From positions 1 to 63,423 of IMG/VR virus record IMGVR_UViG_3300032665_000026: a stretch of 63,423 nucleotides of DNA. One strand, written 5' to 3'. A program made the translations under genes and the position numbers. Under the pieces are notes generated by a model. The model did no database searches, was not told the origin of the DNA, and was given only the letters and a program-made list of their open reading frames with translations. The DNA comes from a virus. Its lineage: Duplodnaviria; Caudoviricetes. Positions 10,788-20,374 of this stretch are shown here, piece by piece. Numbering within the stretch: the stretch's first letter is position 1; the number at the start of each line of letters is the position of its first letter.

Positions 10788-10813
10788 ACAGCTACTGCTT
10801 CCACATAAATATT

Positions 10814-11182
10814 ATGGAACTAAATACACTTGACCTGAAATGGCAAAAAGATGCTGCTTGCGCATCTATGTCATCAGAAGATTATGATGCTTTCTATCCA
10901 AAACATGGCAAAGTGTTTTTGAAAGAAACCCTAGCTATCTGCAATAGCTGCCCAGTTAGTTCATCTTGTCTAGATTATTCTCTTAAGTATGAAGAATATG
11001 GCTATTGGGCAGGGACCGGCACTACTGAACGTAGAAAGATGCGCAAAGAACTTGGCATCGAATTGGTTACATTGAACTCAGAGTTCATTAGAGACCAAGT
11101 AATTGAAACAATCAAAGAAACCTACCATCCAGTTAAGATTCAAGGGCGTGGTAGAAAGACTACAGTTAAGGATGAAGTATGA
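10814..11182 (+). CDS. whiB: WhiB-family transcription factor
   Basis: WQKDAAC...ICNSCPVSSSCLDYSL...YGYWAG: four Cys plus the GxWxG turn. Confidence 0.9.
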   Translation: MELNTLDLKWQKDAACASMSSEDYDAFYPKHGKVFLKETLAICNSCPVSSSCLDYSLKYEEYGYWAGTGTTERRKMRKELGIELVTLNSEFIRDQVIETIKETYHPVKIQGRGRKTTVKDEV

Positions 11183-11871
11183 AAATTGGTTTAATCGTTC
11201 CAGTTCTAAATATTTTTGAGCAGGCAATCGATCTTGTCTATAGTGCGGAGAGTGAACACGATCTAAAGGTCTTTATTCAGCCACAATATCGAGTCCAGGT
11301 GCCACTCGCAGCAGCATGGAACCGTGGCATCCGACAAGCTATTGCAGCAGACTGCGATGTCATTATTGTAAGCAACGATGATGCAATGTTTGGTCCAAAA
11401 ACCATTGACCGTCTTGCGGAGAATGTACTTGATATGGATGACAAGTATGTAATGGCATTCCCAGTGGACGTGCTCGACGGTCTAACCGATCCCAGTGATA
11501 TCCTGTTCGGTGATGGATGGGACCTAGACATTACTAACCCAGAAGATCAATCGTTCTCCTGCTTTGCTATCAAGCCAGACTTCTTCGACAAGTGTGGGAC
11601 TTTTGATGAGAACTTTGACCCAGCTTGGTGGGAAGATGCAGACATGAAATACCGTATGCACTTGCTTGGGTACAAGACTTTACAAACAGTTGTTCCATAC
11701 GTGCACTTGCGTCATCAAACTACGCAGAAGTTAAACCTCCCTCTCAACTCTATGAAGAGTGGAGAATACTTCGTAAAAAAGTGGGGTAGTGCTAAGAAAG
11801 ACTTGCATGAGACTTACGTTAACCCGTATAATGATAATAGTCTAAGTCCAAAAGAGTGGAGACCGTTGTGA
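11179..11871 (+). CDS. Glycosyltransferase family 2 (GT-A)
   Basis: IVPVLN, AAAWNRGI, SNDD, FDENFDPAWWEDAD. Confidence 0.85.
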   Translation: MKIGLIVPVLNIFEQAIDLVYSAESEHDLKVFIQPQYRVQVPLAAAWNRGIRQAIAADCDVIIVSNDDAMFGPKTIDRLAENVLDMDDKYVMAFPVDVLDGLTDPSDILFGDGWDLDITNPEDQSFSCFAIKPDFFDKCGTFDENFDPAWWEDADMKYRMHLLGYKTLQTVVPYVHLRHQTTQKLNLPLNSMKSGEYFVKKWGSAKKDLHETYVNPYNDNSLSPKEWRPL

Positions 11872-13139
11872 GCAAGATTAGAGTATTAGCCTGGGGTGAC
11901 TACGCGTGTAGCACAGGCTTCGGTACCGTAATGAAAAACATTATGGGAGAAATCAATAAGTCTGGTAGCTATGAGATCGATGTCGTAGGAGTCAACTACG
12001 ATGGTGGTCCATACGACACCACACTATGGCCAGGTAACCTATGGCCAGCAATCAGTGCTCTTCGTACACAAGGGCCTTATGGGGACGTTTTTGGTCGTCA
12101 AGTATTCTTAGACTTGCTCGCTCAGCGTGACTATGACATCGTATTCATCGTTCAGGATACTTTCATTGTTCAACCTATTGTCCCCCAGATTCTAGAACTC
12201 CAGCGTACAAAGCCTGAGACCTTTTCAACAATCTACTACTACCCATTCGACTGCACACCACAGGAAGACTGGGTTAAGCAGTGTGTGGCAGCTTTTGACT
12301 TCCCCGTAGCGTACACTGAATATGCTAAGAATGAGAGCCGGAAGTACATTGGTTCAGCTGCTGATAAGCAAGACGTTATTTACCACGGCACAAATACCAG
12401 TAACTTCTTCCCGCTGTCACCAGAGGGTAAGAAACGCGTTAAAGAAGAGATTTTCTCTGCTGTAAAAGATAAGTTCATCATTACCAATGTGAACCGCAAC
12501 CAGGGTCGTAAGGATGTATCACGTAGCCTTATGATTCTGAAGCAGCTCCGTAATATTGGTGTCGAGGACGCATTCCTTTATATGCATATGCAGGAGACTG
12601 ATTTCGGTGGTAGCATCATGAAGATGGCTAGTGCTATTGGTGTGGTCCCTGATAAGGACTTCACGATTCCCAACCCGCAGCAGTTTGGTGCTCACAGTGG
12701 GTTCCCAATCGAATTCCTCAACCAGATCTACAATGCAAGTGATCTTTACTTGACCACAACGCATGGTGAAGGATGGGGTCTAAGCATCACTGAAGCTATG
12801 GCTACTAAGCTCCCTGTCGTGGCCCCTAACAACACATCTTTGCCAGAGATTCTTGGAGATGATCGTGGTTGGAGAATTAGCAGCGGTCATACGCCTACCC
12901 ACTGGGTGATCAAAGAGAATGACAATGAGCGTATGCGCCCTCTGATGGATGTAGAAGAGGCTGCTGAAACAATCAAGTACATCATGGAACACCCAGAGGA
13001 AGCTGCTCTTAGAACAGAGAATGCTCACGCATGGATTCTAGACAATACTTGGGATAAAGTTTGCAAGCAGTGGACCAATGTATTCAATAAGGCAACCAAT
13101 AAGGCCCGAACAGCGCGAAAGTTCAAGGCACAAAAGTAA
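11856..13139 (+). CDS. Glycosyltransferase family 4 (GT-B); real start probably GTG 11868
   Basis: STGFG, NVNRNQGRKD, GEGWGLSITEAMA (EX7E). Confidence 0.9.
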   Translation: METVVSKIRVLAWGDYACSTGFGTVMKNIMGEINKSGSYEIDVVGVNYDGGPYDTTLWPGNLWPAISALRTQGPYGDVFGRQVFLDLLAQRDYDIVFIVQDTFIVQPIVPQILELQRTKPETFSTIYYYPFDCTPQEDWVKQCVAAFDFPVAYTEYAKNESRKYIGSAADKQDVIYHGTNTSNFFPLSPEGKKRVKEEIFSAVKDKFIITNVNRNQGRKDVSRSLMILKQLRNIGVEDAFLYMHMQETDFGGSIMKMASAIGVVPDKDFTIPNPQQFGAHSGFPIEFLNQIYNASDLYLTTTHGEGWGLSITEAMATKLPVVAPNNTSLPEILGDDRGWRISSGHTPTHWVIKENDNERMRPLMDVEEAAETIKYIMEHPEEAALRTENAHAWILDNTWDKVCKQWTNVFNKATNKARTARKFKAQK

Positions 13140-13924
13140 TGCCACGCCGTGTAGTTAGCATCACACCATTCTGGAATGAGACGCATATCCTTGAATTGCG
13201 TCTAGGCATCCTAGAAGATGTAGTTGATAAGTTCTATACGGTAGAAGCATCACAGACGTTCACAGGCATTGATAAACCAATGCTAGCCAACACAATCCAG
13301 CACCCAAAACATTCTGTAGTAGCTATTGATTTCCCCAAAGATATAATGGGTAGATCAATAGCTACGCAGGAATGGGGTCGAGAGAATTATCAAAGAGATC
13401 TGATCATTGATCTCTCTGAATACGATGATGATGATATCGTTCTAATCACTGACCTTGATGAGATTCCAAACCCAATTGCTGTTAAATTCTTGAGAGATAA
13501 CTTTGATCCTGATTTCACCTATGCATTCGACATGGTGGTCCATCAATATTATTTAAATAATCAAAATCTTGGCGAGGGTGTTTGGTCGAAGGCAAAAGCA
13601 TGCAGTGTAGCTGAATATCGTCGCGATGGATTCTGGGCCACTGGTCTTAGATTAGATGACAATTCTATTCATATACCAAATGGTGGATGGCATTGGACAT
13701 ATATTGGTGACCCAGAATTTATAAAGAATAAGATTGAAGCATTCGCTCATACTGAATTCGACATAGATAATGTCAAGAGCAACCTCGAGTACCATTATGA
13801 AAATAATACAGATACTCTTGGAAGAGGTTTTCAACTTCAGTTAGTTGAACTTGACAACGACTCATACCCAAAGTATATTAGAGACAACAAAGTTAAGTAC
13901 AACAAATATATTAAGGAACTTTAA
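13139..13924 (+). CDS. Glycosyltransferase family 17-like (MGAT3-like GlcNAc transferase)
   Basis: FWNETHILELRL, VEASQTFTG, ENYQR, DLDEIP, GGWHWTY. Confidence 0.85.
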   Translation: MPRRVVSITPFWNETHILELRLGILEDVVDKFYTVEASQTFTGIDKPMLANTIQHPKHSVVAIDFPKDIMGRSIATQEWGRENYQRDLIIDLSEYDDDDIVLITDLDEIPNPIAVKFLRDNFDPDFTYAFDMVVHQYYLNNQNLGEGVWSKAKACSVAEYRRDGFWATGLRLDDNSIHIPNGGWHWTYIGDPEFIKNKIEAFAHTEFDIDNVKSNLEYHYENNTDTLGRGFQLQLVELDNDSYPKYIRDNKVKYNKYIKEL

Positions 13925-14119
13925 ATGTTTCGAATGACTTTTGATGAGTGGTTAGAATATGGTGAAGAGCATGGTTATTGCTCAGAACAATTTTGTAATA
14001 CTCATGATCTTGTCCCAATGCATGAAAGTGAACAAAAAGCATGGGAAGAATATGGTGAAGACCCATGCGCCCATATGGTACGATTGGGTAGTCTAGAAGA
14101 TTGGGACATTAGCAAATGA
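13925..14119 (+). CDS. Hypothetical protein
   Basis: Short in-strand ORF with Cys/His pattern. Confidence 0.6.
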   Translation: MFRMTFDEWLEYGEEHGYCSEQFCNTHDLVPMHESEQKAWEEYGEDPCAHMVRLGSLEDWDISK

Positions 14120-14125
14120 TGCTCT

Positions 14126-14198
14126 GCTCCTATAGCTCAGTTGGAAGAGCAGGGGACTTTTAATCCCAAGGTCGTTGGTTCGAGCCCAACTGGGAGCA
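14126..14198 (+). tRNA. tRNA-Lys(UUU)
   Basis: Cloverleaf GCTCCTA/TGGGAGC, loop CTTTTAA, T loop TTCGAGC. Confidence 0.95.
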
Positions 14199-14263
14199 CT
14201 CCGAACGAAGCAAATACCGTAGATGCAGCAAGCTCCTGGGAATGAGATTAAACTTCCCAACAA

Positions 14264-14338
14264 CGGGTAGTAGCGCAGCTTGGTCAGCGCATCTGGTTTG
14301 GGTCCAGAGGGTCGGGGGTTCGAATCCCTCCTACCCGA
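14264..14338 (+). tRNA. tRNA-Pro(UGG)
   Basis: CGGGTAG/CTACCCG, TCTGG-TTTGGGT-CCAGA. Confidence 0.95.
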
Positions 14339-14345
14339 CGCAGTA

Positions 14346-14416
14346 GCCCTTGTAGTACAGTGGTAGTACACTAGACTTGTAATCTTGTGACGGGAGTTCG
14401 ATTCTCTCCGGGGGCA
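14346..14416 (+). tRNA. tRNA-Thr(UGU)
   Basis: GCCCTTG/CGGGGGC, loop CTTGTAA. Confidence 0.9.
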
Positions 14417-14461
14417 CGTAGTATGATAAGGTTGTTATCTGGTATGATGGTTTTTGTATAA

Positions 14462-14535
14462 GCCCTGATATCCCAATTGGCAGAGGAAGGGCGCTTAAAA
14501 CGCCCCAAGTGTGGGTTCGAGTCCCACTCAGGGTA
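14462..14535 (+). tRNA. tRNA-Leu(UAA) with short variable loop
   Basis: GCCCTGA/TCAGGGT, GGGCG-CTTAAAA-CGCCC, variable region only CAAGT. Confidence 0.9.
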
Positions 14536-14548
14536 CTAAGGAGATAGT

Positions 14549-14782
14549 ATGGCAATGACATTAAAACAAGCAGCGACGATTATGCTAGAATTGTGTAAGA
14601 TTCCTGCTGAACCGAAGCTCGTTGCAGCATTTAACAACTATGATGTTAATAGTATGTGGATCAAAAGTGTGCTTAAGGGAGCTGCTCCGGCAGCAAGCAC
14701 GTTGAGTAATCCTTATTATGAGGAAGCATTAAACGTTTTACGTGCAAATGGAATTGATATTAATATCTTTGATACCAACTAG
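14549..14782 (+). CDS. Hypothetical protein
   Basis: AAGGAG Shine-Dalgarno and ATG. Confidence 0.6.
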   Translation: MAMTLKQAATIMLELCKIPAEPKLVAAFNNYDVNSMWIKSVLKGAAPAASTLSNPYYEEALNVLRANGIDINIFDTN

Positions 14783-14796
14783 TAGAAAGAAAAAGT

Positions 14797-15093
14797 ATGC
14801 AGAGTAAGAATAAGTTTTTTATCGCAGTACCAGTGATTGTAATTATAATCTTATTATCTATTATTGGAGCTGTTCATCTTATCCATCCACAATGGATTGG
14901 TGAGCAAACTGATAAAGCTGGATACTTCCAGAAAGCAGTGGGACTGATCACGGATGCACCACATGCTACCGCTGAACTGTTCTATTCAACCCTAGAAGAC
15001 TTGGTGATCTTGTTTGTGGGCATCTCTTGGGGTAAGCGAATCTGGCACAAGGAACACAAGAAGTTTGACGAAGAACACGGAGTGAAGCACTAA
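14797..15093 (+). CDS. Hypothetical membrane protein
   Basis: Two hydrophobic segments. Confidence 0.6.
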   Translation: MQSKNKFFIAVPVIVIIILLSIIGAVHLIHPQWIGEQTDKAGYFQKAVGLITDAPHATAELFYSTLEDLVILFVGISWGKRIWHKEHKKFDEEHGVKH

Positions 15094-15392
15094 TGCCAAC
15101 TACTTGGGTAAAAATTGAACCACGTTTGTGCCAATGTGGTTGTGGGACTATTATTACAAAAAAGGAGAAAAGATCTCAAGGTCGTTTTTGCCAGGGGCAC
15201 ACATTCAAATCAGCAATAAATCGTGTACCTAACCCTTCTGCTCTGACTGAAGAGGATTATGCACGAATCCGTAAGATTCCAGCATGGAGAGCTGTTTATG
15301 AATCAGTAGAAGGCATTCTAGGAGAGTCTTTTAATGGCTATGAAGTGGTTAACTATGGTACACTAGAAGAGTTGGACGATCTTATTTATTAG
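15093..15392 (+). CDS. Hypothetical protein with CxCGCG...FxxGH motif
   Basis: LCQCGCG...RFCQGH. Confidence 0.6.
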   Translation: MPTTWVKIEPRLCQCGCGTIITKKEKRSQGRFCQGHTFKSAINRVPNPSALTEEDYARIRKIPAWRAVYESVEGILGESFNGYEVVNYGTLEELDDLIY

Positions 15393-15399
15393 ATCACAT

Positions 15400-15474
15400 G
15401 CCTCTATAGCACAAGGGATAGTGCAAAGGAGTTCTAACCCTGGGATCTCAGTTCGAGTCTGAGTGGAGGCACCA
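15400..15474 (+). tRNA. tRNA-Arg(UCU), CCA encoded
   Basis: GCCTCTA/TGGAGGC, loop GTTCTAA, A20 Arg identity element; anticodon stem has two mismatches. Confidence 0.8.
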
Positions 15475-15475
15475 A

Positions 15476-15547
15476 GGATGATTAGCTCAGCGGTAGAGCA
15501 ACTCGTTTACACCGAGAAGGTCGGGAGTTCAATCCTCTCATCATCCA
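15476..15547 (+). tRNA. tRNA-Val(UAC)
   Basis: GGATGAT/ATCATCC, loop TTTACAC. Confidence 0.9.
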
Positions 15548-15548
15548 C

Positions 15549-15577
15549 TTGCAACGTAGCAAGAATAATGATATAGT
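15549..15577 (+). promoter_or_regulatory. Sigma70-type promoter
   Basis: TTGCAA-17 nt-TATAGT with extended TG. Confidence 0.55.
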
Positions 15578-15599
15578 TATTTATGAGTAAGGAGAAAGT

Positions 15600-15938
15600 A
15601 TGCGTAAGAGTTCTAAGAGAAACTTATTTTTGTTCGGTGCTAGCATGGAAATGATTGCAGCGGGTAAGACACTAGAAATGGCTAGAAAGAGTATGGAAAA
15701 AGAAGAAGAAAGAGTCGCTAATGAGAATGCTCTACATGAGCAAAATTTTAGCCAAGAATACCAATATGTTTTTTATGAGCGTGCAGTAAAGAGCGTTTCA
15801 AAAACTGTATCGGACCTGCTAGAGATAATCGTTGCGAATGACATTGAAATCGATGATGCTATCCTATCAGAAGCAAACCGAATTCTTGTTATGATGGAAT
15901 GGGTACTATTGAATGAAGGAGAAGACAATGGAAGTTAA
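15600..15938 (+). CDS. Hypothetical protein
   Basis: AAGGAG Shine-Dalgarno. Confidence 0.6.
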   Translation: MRKSSKRNLFLFGASMEMIAAGKTLEMARKSMEKEEERVANENALHEQNFSQEYQYVFYERAVKSVSKTVSDLLEIIVANDIEIDDAILSEANRILVMMEWVLLNEGEDNGS

Positions 15939-16254
15939 GTTGAGCGTAAGCATCGGTGCTACCCTGCAGGTAAAGAATGCCAGGGGAGAATGGGACTGGA
16001 TCAAACCAGAAGTGGGCTGCGAGATTAGTATGAACAAAAATGAGGTTGGTTCTCCAGAAGTTTTATCAGACCAATTCGCTGCTATGTGGGATCAAGTTGT
16101 AGGTCCTCAGTTTGCATCGGTCGTACAAGAGCTCATTGCTGAACAGTCTCCCAAGACAGAAGAAACTGTTGAAGAGACTGCTAATGACGTTAGTGTTGAA
16201 GAAGATCTCATTGAGGAAGAAAAGCCCAATACCGATGAGGACGACTACTACTAA
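15913..16254 (+). CDS. Hypothetical protein with acidic tail (start probably 15928)
   Basis: GAAGGAG upstream of the second ATG. Confidence 0.6.
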   Translation: MKEKTMEVKLSVSIGATLQVKNARGEWDWIKPEVGCEISMNKNEVGSPEVLSDQFAAMWDQVVGPQFASVVQELIAEQSPKTEETVEETANDVSVEEDLIEEEKPNTDEDDYY

Positions 16255-16375
16255 TGGATGAATTTGATGCGTTTGTAAAGAAACATAATATTCAACCAGA
16301 TGAAATGGGCCCAGCATTTGCTGCCTGGTTATCAGGTGCCACTGGGTGGGATGGGAACTTTAAAAAGGTTGAACA

Positions 16376-16930
16376 ATGACAGTCATCGCAGCAGCTTTGA
16401 CCATTGATAGCGGTGTTGTCATCGTAGGTGACTCAGAACTTTCTACCCCATACACAAAGGACAGTGATGGTTATAGCAAAGTTTGGGTTGATGAGATCAA
16501 CGAAGGTTATATTTTCGGTGGTGCTGGCAACCTAAGAGATATCCAAGTTATTAAGTATCATGTATCATGGCCTTACTACAGAGACATCTATCCTGTCGAA
16601 GAGTTCGTTGTTAAGGAAGTCGTTCCTAAGATGCGTGAAGCCCTACTCGATAACGGTGTGAAGATGGAAGAGTATGAAAGCTCGTTCATCATGGCATGGG
16701 AAGATAACTTAGTTGTTATCGATGAAAAGTTTGGCGTTACAATTCCCAATAGTGCACGGTATGCCATTGGCTCTGGCCAGAGTGAAGCTTTGGGAGCGCT
16801 TGGTAACGAGGGCGGTTGGACAAAGAACGATGTGATCGAAGCAGCAAATCGTGCTATGGTTACAGCAGTCGGTGTCAGTGGTCCATTGTTCACAATCGAC
16901 ACGGTTGATCTGGTTGTAAGACAAGCATGA
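16376..16930 (+). CDS. HslV/proteasome beta-like Ntn peptidase
   Basis: N-terminal MT, GDS, SKV, GGAG, YAIGSG. Confidence 0.8.
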   Translation: MTVIAAALTIDSGVVIVGDSELSTPYTKDSDGYSKVWVDEINEGYIFGGAGNLRDIQVIKYHVSWPYYRDIYPVEEFVVKEVVPKMREALLDNGVKMEEYESSFIMAWEDNLVVIDEKFGVTIPNSARYAIGSGQSEALGALGNEGGWTKNDVIEAANRAMVTAVGVSGPLFTIDTVDLVVRQA

Positions 16931-16938
16931 ATTATTAT

Positions 16939-16967
16939 TTGACATCATTATCGTGGTATGATAAGAT
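16939..16967 (+). promoter_or_regulatory. Strong sigma70-type promoter
   Basis: TTGACA-17 nt-TAAGAT with extended TG. Confidence 0.7.
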
Positions 16968-16996
16968 TTATAACATAAACAGTAAGGACAACTCTA

Positions 16997-17686
16997 ATGA
17001 AGCAAAACTACATTATGCCCCAAAAGAAAGTACTCGCTACTACTCCCCTTCAGGAGGTTACGGAACCTACCTATGGGGAATCCAGCAAGGCTCAATCCCG
17101 AGCTGACGTACGTCGAACTAGTGCCAACGAAGAAGGTCTACTGATAGCAGTAGATGCCATCAATGGCTTGAATGAATTGATGTATTCTTTTGATGCAAAG
17201 GTTGCAAAGCCATTGTCACCAGTAGAGATCGATTCCTTGGCTGCTGAACTCGTTGCTGTGCGTAGGGTGAAGGATATAGTAGAAGGCCGTGAGGCATCTC
17301 TGAAGGCTTATGCGACTGAAGTAATCAATCTCAACATTGCTTCTATTGGCAACGATCCTTCAGAGACGAGTGGTTACCTTGTAAGCCCAGAGAATGGTAT
17401 CAAGCTTTCGAAGGAAGTCACGGGTGGTAAACTCAATATCGATATCGATTTGCTTGAGCAAGTTCTAGATACCGATCAATTCAAATCAGTAGTAAACATT
17501 GTAGAGACTCAGACTATTACTACAAAGCCTGATGGAAGCAAGCTAATTGAGGCAACGAAGGCATACCAGTTGAACGAAGAATGCCTCGAGAAGGAACTCA
17601 AAATAGGTAACATCGGCATGGAACAGGTTGTAAAGGCGACCATGCCTGGGAAGATTCGCTCAGCTTTTTATGTCCGAAGCCTATAA
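16997..17686 (+). CDS. Hypothetical protein
   Basis: 229 aa in-strand ORF. Confidence 0.6.
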   Translation: MKQNYIMPQKKVLATTPLQEVTEPTYGESSKAQSRADVRRTSANEEGLLIAVDAINGLNELMYSFDAKVAKPLSPVEIDSLAAELVAVRRVKDIVEGREASLKAYATEVINLNIASIGNDPSETSGYLVSPENGIKLSKEVTGGKLNIDIDLLEQVLDTDQFKSVVNIVETQTITTKPDGSKLIEATKAYQLNEECLEKELKIGNIGMEQVVKATMPGKIRSAFYVRSL

Positions 17687-18035
17687 GAAAAAGAAGGATA
17701 GCTTAAAGCTTCGAGACGATAAGCCATTGTTTACTGTTGCAATGGCTGCTGCTTTTTTTGATCTTAGTTCACAATCATTGAGGCAAAAAGAGCAATATCT
17801 TTTTGATTCTTTCGGTGAGCCAATCGTAATTAGCAGGACTCCTGGAGGAGATCGCAGGTATAGTCTTAATGATATACTAAAGATAGCTCATGCGCTAAGA
17901 AGAATGAATAAGATGACGGATAGACAACTTCGGTTAATTATTCTTCGTGTTGATTCTTTTAAAGAGCCAATCAAAAAAACTACGTTAAAGTATCGCAAAG
18001 GTACTATCAAAGGTGTTAGAGTAGACCCAACATGA
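17670..18035 (+). CDS. MerR-like HTH DNA-binding protein
   Basis: FTVAMAAAFFDLSSQSLRQKE...RTPGGDRRYSLNDI. Confidence 0.8.
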   Translation: MSEAYKKKKDSLKLRDDKPLFTVAMAAAFFDLSSQSLRQKEQYLFDSFGEPIVISRTPGGDRRYSLNDILKIAHALRRMNKMTDRQLRLIILRVDSFKEPIKKTTLKYRKGTIKGVRVDPT

Positions 18036-18982
18036 AAAAATGCTTAATCTTACTCGATGGCCACAATATTTTTATTAGATCGTTTTCCGGTTTAATGAGA
18101 CAAGGGCTTAGCGCACCAGATGGTTCTGGCACCTGGGGGACGTTCGGTGCTTTCAATACAATTGCTAGCATAGTTCGTAGGCATAACCCAACACATGTTA
18201 TGATCGCCTTCGATAAAGGTCGTAGCTCAAAGCGTTTGGCTATAGATCCAGAGTATAAAGCTAATCGGAAACGTAGAGATGATAAGCCAAGAAATCCTAT
18301 GGACGAAGCTTTCTCTCAAGAGTTCAAGCCACAACTTTCTGCTTTTATGGAATTATGCTTAAAGAATGGCATACCTTATATCCAATTAGAAAATGTAGAA
18401 GCTGATGATATCATTGCTACCGCAGCGTTGAGATTCTCAGAAGTGTTTGATAAAATAATCATTGTAAGCGCTGACCATGACTTACACCAATTGATTAGAC
18501 ATAACATCGTTGTTATTAAACCTAGTATTAGTTCCCGTGATATCGAAGAAGAAATTTTTAATGTCGAATCAGTGCTAAAAGAATGGGGTGTAGAACCTCA
18601 ACGCCTGCCTGAGATATGGGCTCTGATGGGAGACAAGGGAGATAATGTCAAAGGCATCCCAGGAGTAGGACCTAAAAAGGCTACTAAACTTATCAAGGAA
18701 CATGGCGATTTGAGTACTGTACTTGATTTAGATGATCCTAAGATCTCTGAGAATATTGATATTGTAAAGAAAGCATTCAGCCTGATAGAACTAGGTATCG
18801 ATGAAGAATTGCCATTCCCTCCTTTAGGGCAGCTACAATTTAATCCTATCCAACCAGGTTCAGATTACTCTGATGAATTAGAAGAACTTTTTGATCTACT
18901 TGGTTTTGTACAAATAAAGGATAGATGGAAACATCACAACCTGTGGTTAGATGCCCCTAGATTTGGTAAAAGATTACGATGA
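18032..18982 (+). CDS. 5'-3' exonuclease/flap endonuclease (PolA N-terminal-like)
   Basis: LLDGHN, YKANR, EADDIIA, SADHDL, GDKGDNVKGIPGVGPKKA. Confidence 0.95.
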   Translation: MKKCLILLDGHNIFIRSFSGLMRQGLSAPDGSGTWGTFGAFNTIASIVRRHNPTHVMIAFDKGRSSKRLAIDPEYKANRKRRDDKPRNPMDEAFSQEFKPQLSAFMELCLKNGIPYIQLENVEADDIIATAALRFSEVFDKIIIVSADHDLHQLIRHNIVVIKPSISSRDIEEEIFNVESVLKEWGVEPQRLPEIWALMGDKGDNVKGIPGVGPKKATKLIKEHGDLSTVLDLDDPKISENIDIVKKAFSLIELGIDEELPFPPLGQLQFNPIQPGSDYSDELEELFDLLGFVQIKDRWKHHNLWLDAPRFGKRLR

Positions 18983-18985
18983 CAA

Positions 18986-20062
18986 ATGTCTGATTGGATT
19001 ATCAACCCTAACTTAGATATGGTAAGCATCCTAGCCCAATATAGCCGCTTTTTAGAAAGTGATTATAGGATGGCTATAGAACATTTAGAAATCCCTAGGA
19101 CATTCGAAGAGAATGATACCAAAACAGGTCGAAACTTCTTAATAATAAGTTATAAAGAAGCTCCATGGGTAGTTGCTAAGAGTGTGTTTCTTTGCTTGAA
19201 GCTAGCTGGTCCAGATAGCGTAGTTGTAAAGACGTATAGCTTAGATGATTATTTCATGGTGCAAAATGTGTTCGAAAACTTTGGTGAAGGTGTACGTACT
19301 AAAGTTTTATTGACAATGCATGATGAGTTAAAACTCAGTAACGATTGGCGTGATGAGATAGAATTGTCAACAGATATAATAGTGTTTGGTGATTCCAACG
19401 CCATGGAAGCATTCCGTGAATACGAAACAGTAGACCGTCGTGTATGGGAGCATGGTTTCAAGTTTAGTTTTGGTGTCGTAAAATCAGAGAACCTTAACAT
19501 GACAATCATCAGACAAATCTGTTTTGATTTCTTCAGCTTTTATGGTGAAGGTACATTGGCACCAAAGTTCTATTTCATCATTGGGCCGATAACAAAATCT
19601 ATGGTAAAGCATTTCAGTGCAACGATGCAATCTTTGTACGAGATAGCGATCGACGAATACCGCAGTAAGCTTCCATTGACCCGTAAAAGCGATTTAGCAA
19701 AGAACCTCGTTGAAGCGAATCACTACGCTAAATTTGTACGCATTGATAGTTTGAACTCAAGAGAAAAGTTTGATAAGCTCTACGGTGACATAAGATTGAT
19801 TCATGTTGATGATCTAGAGCAGATCGGTGATTACATCGATAAAGTTGGTGATAGTATTAGTACTATCGCAGTGAACTTTGAAGATGATCATGATGTGCTA
19901 GACTATCTAGAAGATCGTATGGTCATGAGAGTTTGTGAAGTTGGAGAAATGCAATTTCCAGAATTCTTTGAGCAGTATGACAACATAGATGATTTCAATA
20001 TCTATGCACCAGAGGAAGATGATCTAGATTGCTTCTTTAACGGTGATGAAGACTATATTTAA
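18986..20062 (+). CDS. LuxC/acyl-CoA reductase-like protein
   Basis: DIIVFGDSNAM, HGFKFSFGVV, DFFSFYGEGTLAP and RVCEVGEMQFP resemble LuxC-family motifs. Confidence 0.5.
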   Translation: MSDWIINPNLDMVSILAQYSRFLESDYRMAIEHLEIPRTFEENDTKTGRNFLIISYKEAPWVVAKSVFLCLKLAGPDSVVVKTYSLDDYFMVQNVFENFGEGVRTKVLLTMHDELKLSNDWRDEIELSTDIIVFGDSNAMEAFREYETVDRRVWEHGFKFSFGVVKSENLNMTIIRQICFDFFSFYGEGTLAPKFYFIIGPITKSMVKHFSATMQSLYEIAIDEYRSKLPLTRKSDLAKNLVEANHYAKFVRIDSLNSREKFDKLYGDIRLIHVDDLEQIGDYIDKVGDSISTIAVNFEDDHDVLDYLEDRMVMRVCEVGEMQFPEFFEQYDNIDDFNIYAPEEDDLDCFFNGDEDYI

Positions 20063-20092
20063 TTCTTAAGTAAGGAAAGAGAGGAAGTAACC

Positions 20093-20374
20093 GTGACAGG
20101 TTTATTGTCAAAACCATGCATCCAAAAGTTGTATGATAAAATTATTGGGATTAAGATCTATAGAATGCTGTTGACACTCTGTGTAGCAATTAGTATTTTA
20201 TTAATTATCCCAATCGTACTGGTGACATCACCAATTTTGGTTGCATGGGATCTAGCTAAAAATGTAATAAATAAAAAGACAGCAATCAAAGAACAGAACA
20301 GTGACGGATTCAAAAGTTTCTGGGATAATTTCAATGATAAGCAAGACGGATGGAATAAGATGGGTAAAGATTAA
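20093..20374 (+). CDS. Hypothetical membrane protein
   Basis: Long hydrophobic stretch. Confidence 0.55.
   Translation: MTGLLSKPCIQKLYDKIIGIKIYRMLLTLCVAISILLIIPIVLVTSPILVAWDLAKNVINKKTAIKEQNSDGFKSFWDNFNDKQDGWNKMGKD

Noticed and set aside
15400-15474. Reading tRNA-Arg as an amber suppressor (CUA)
   Set aside because: That register destroys the anticodon stem; the UCU register pairs better and A20 supports Arg
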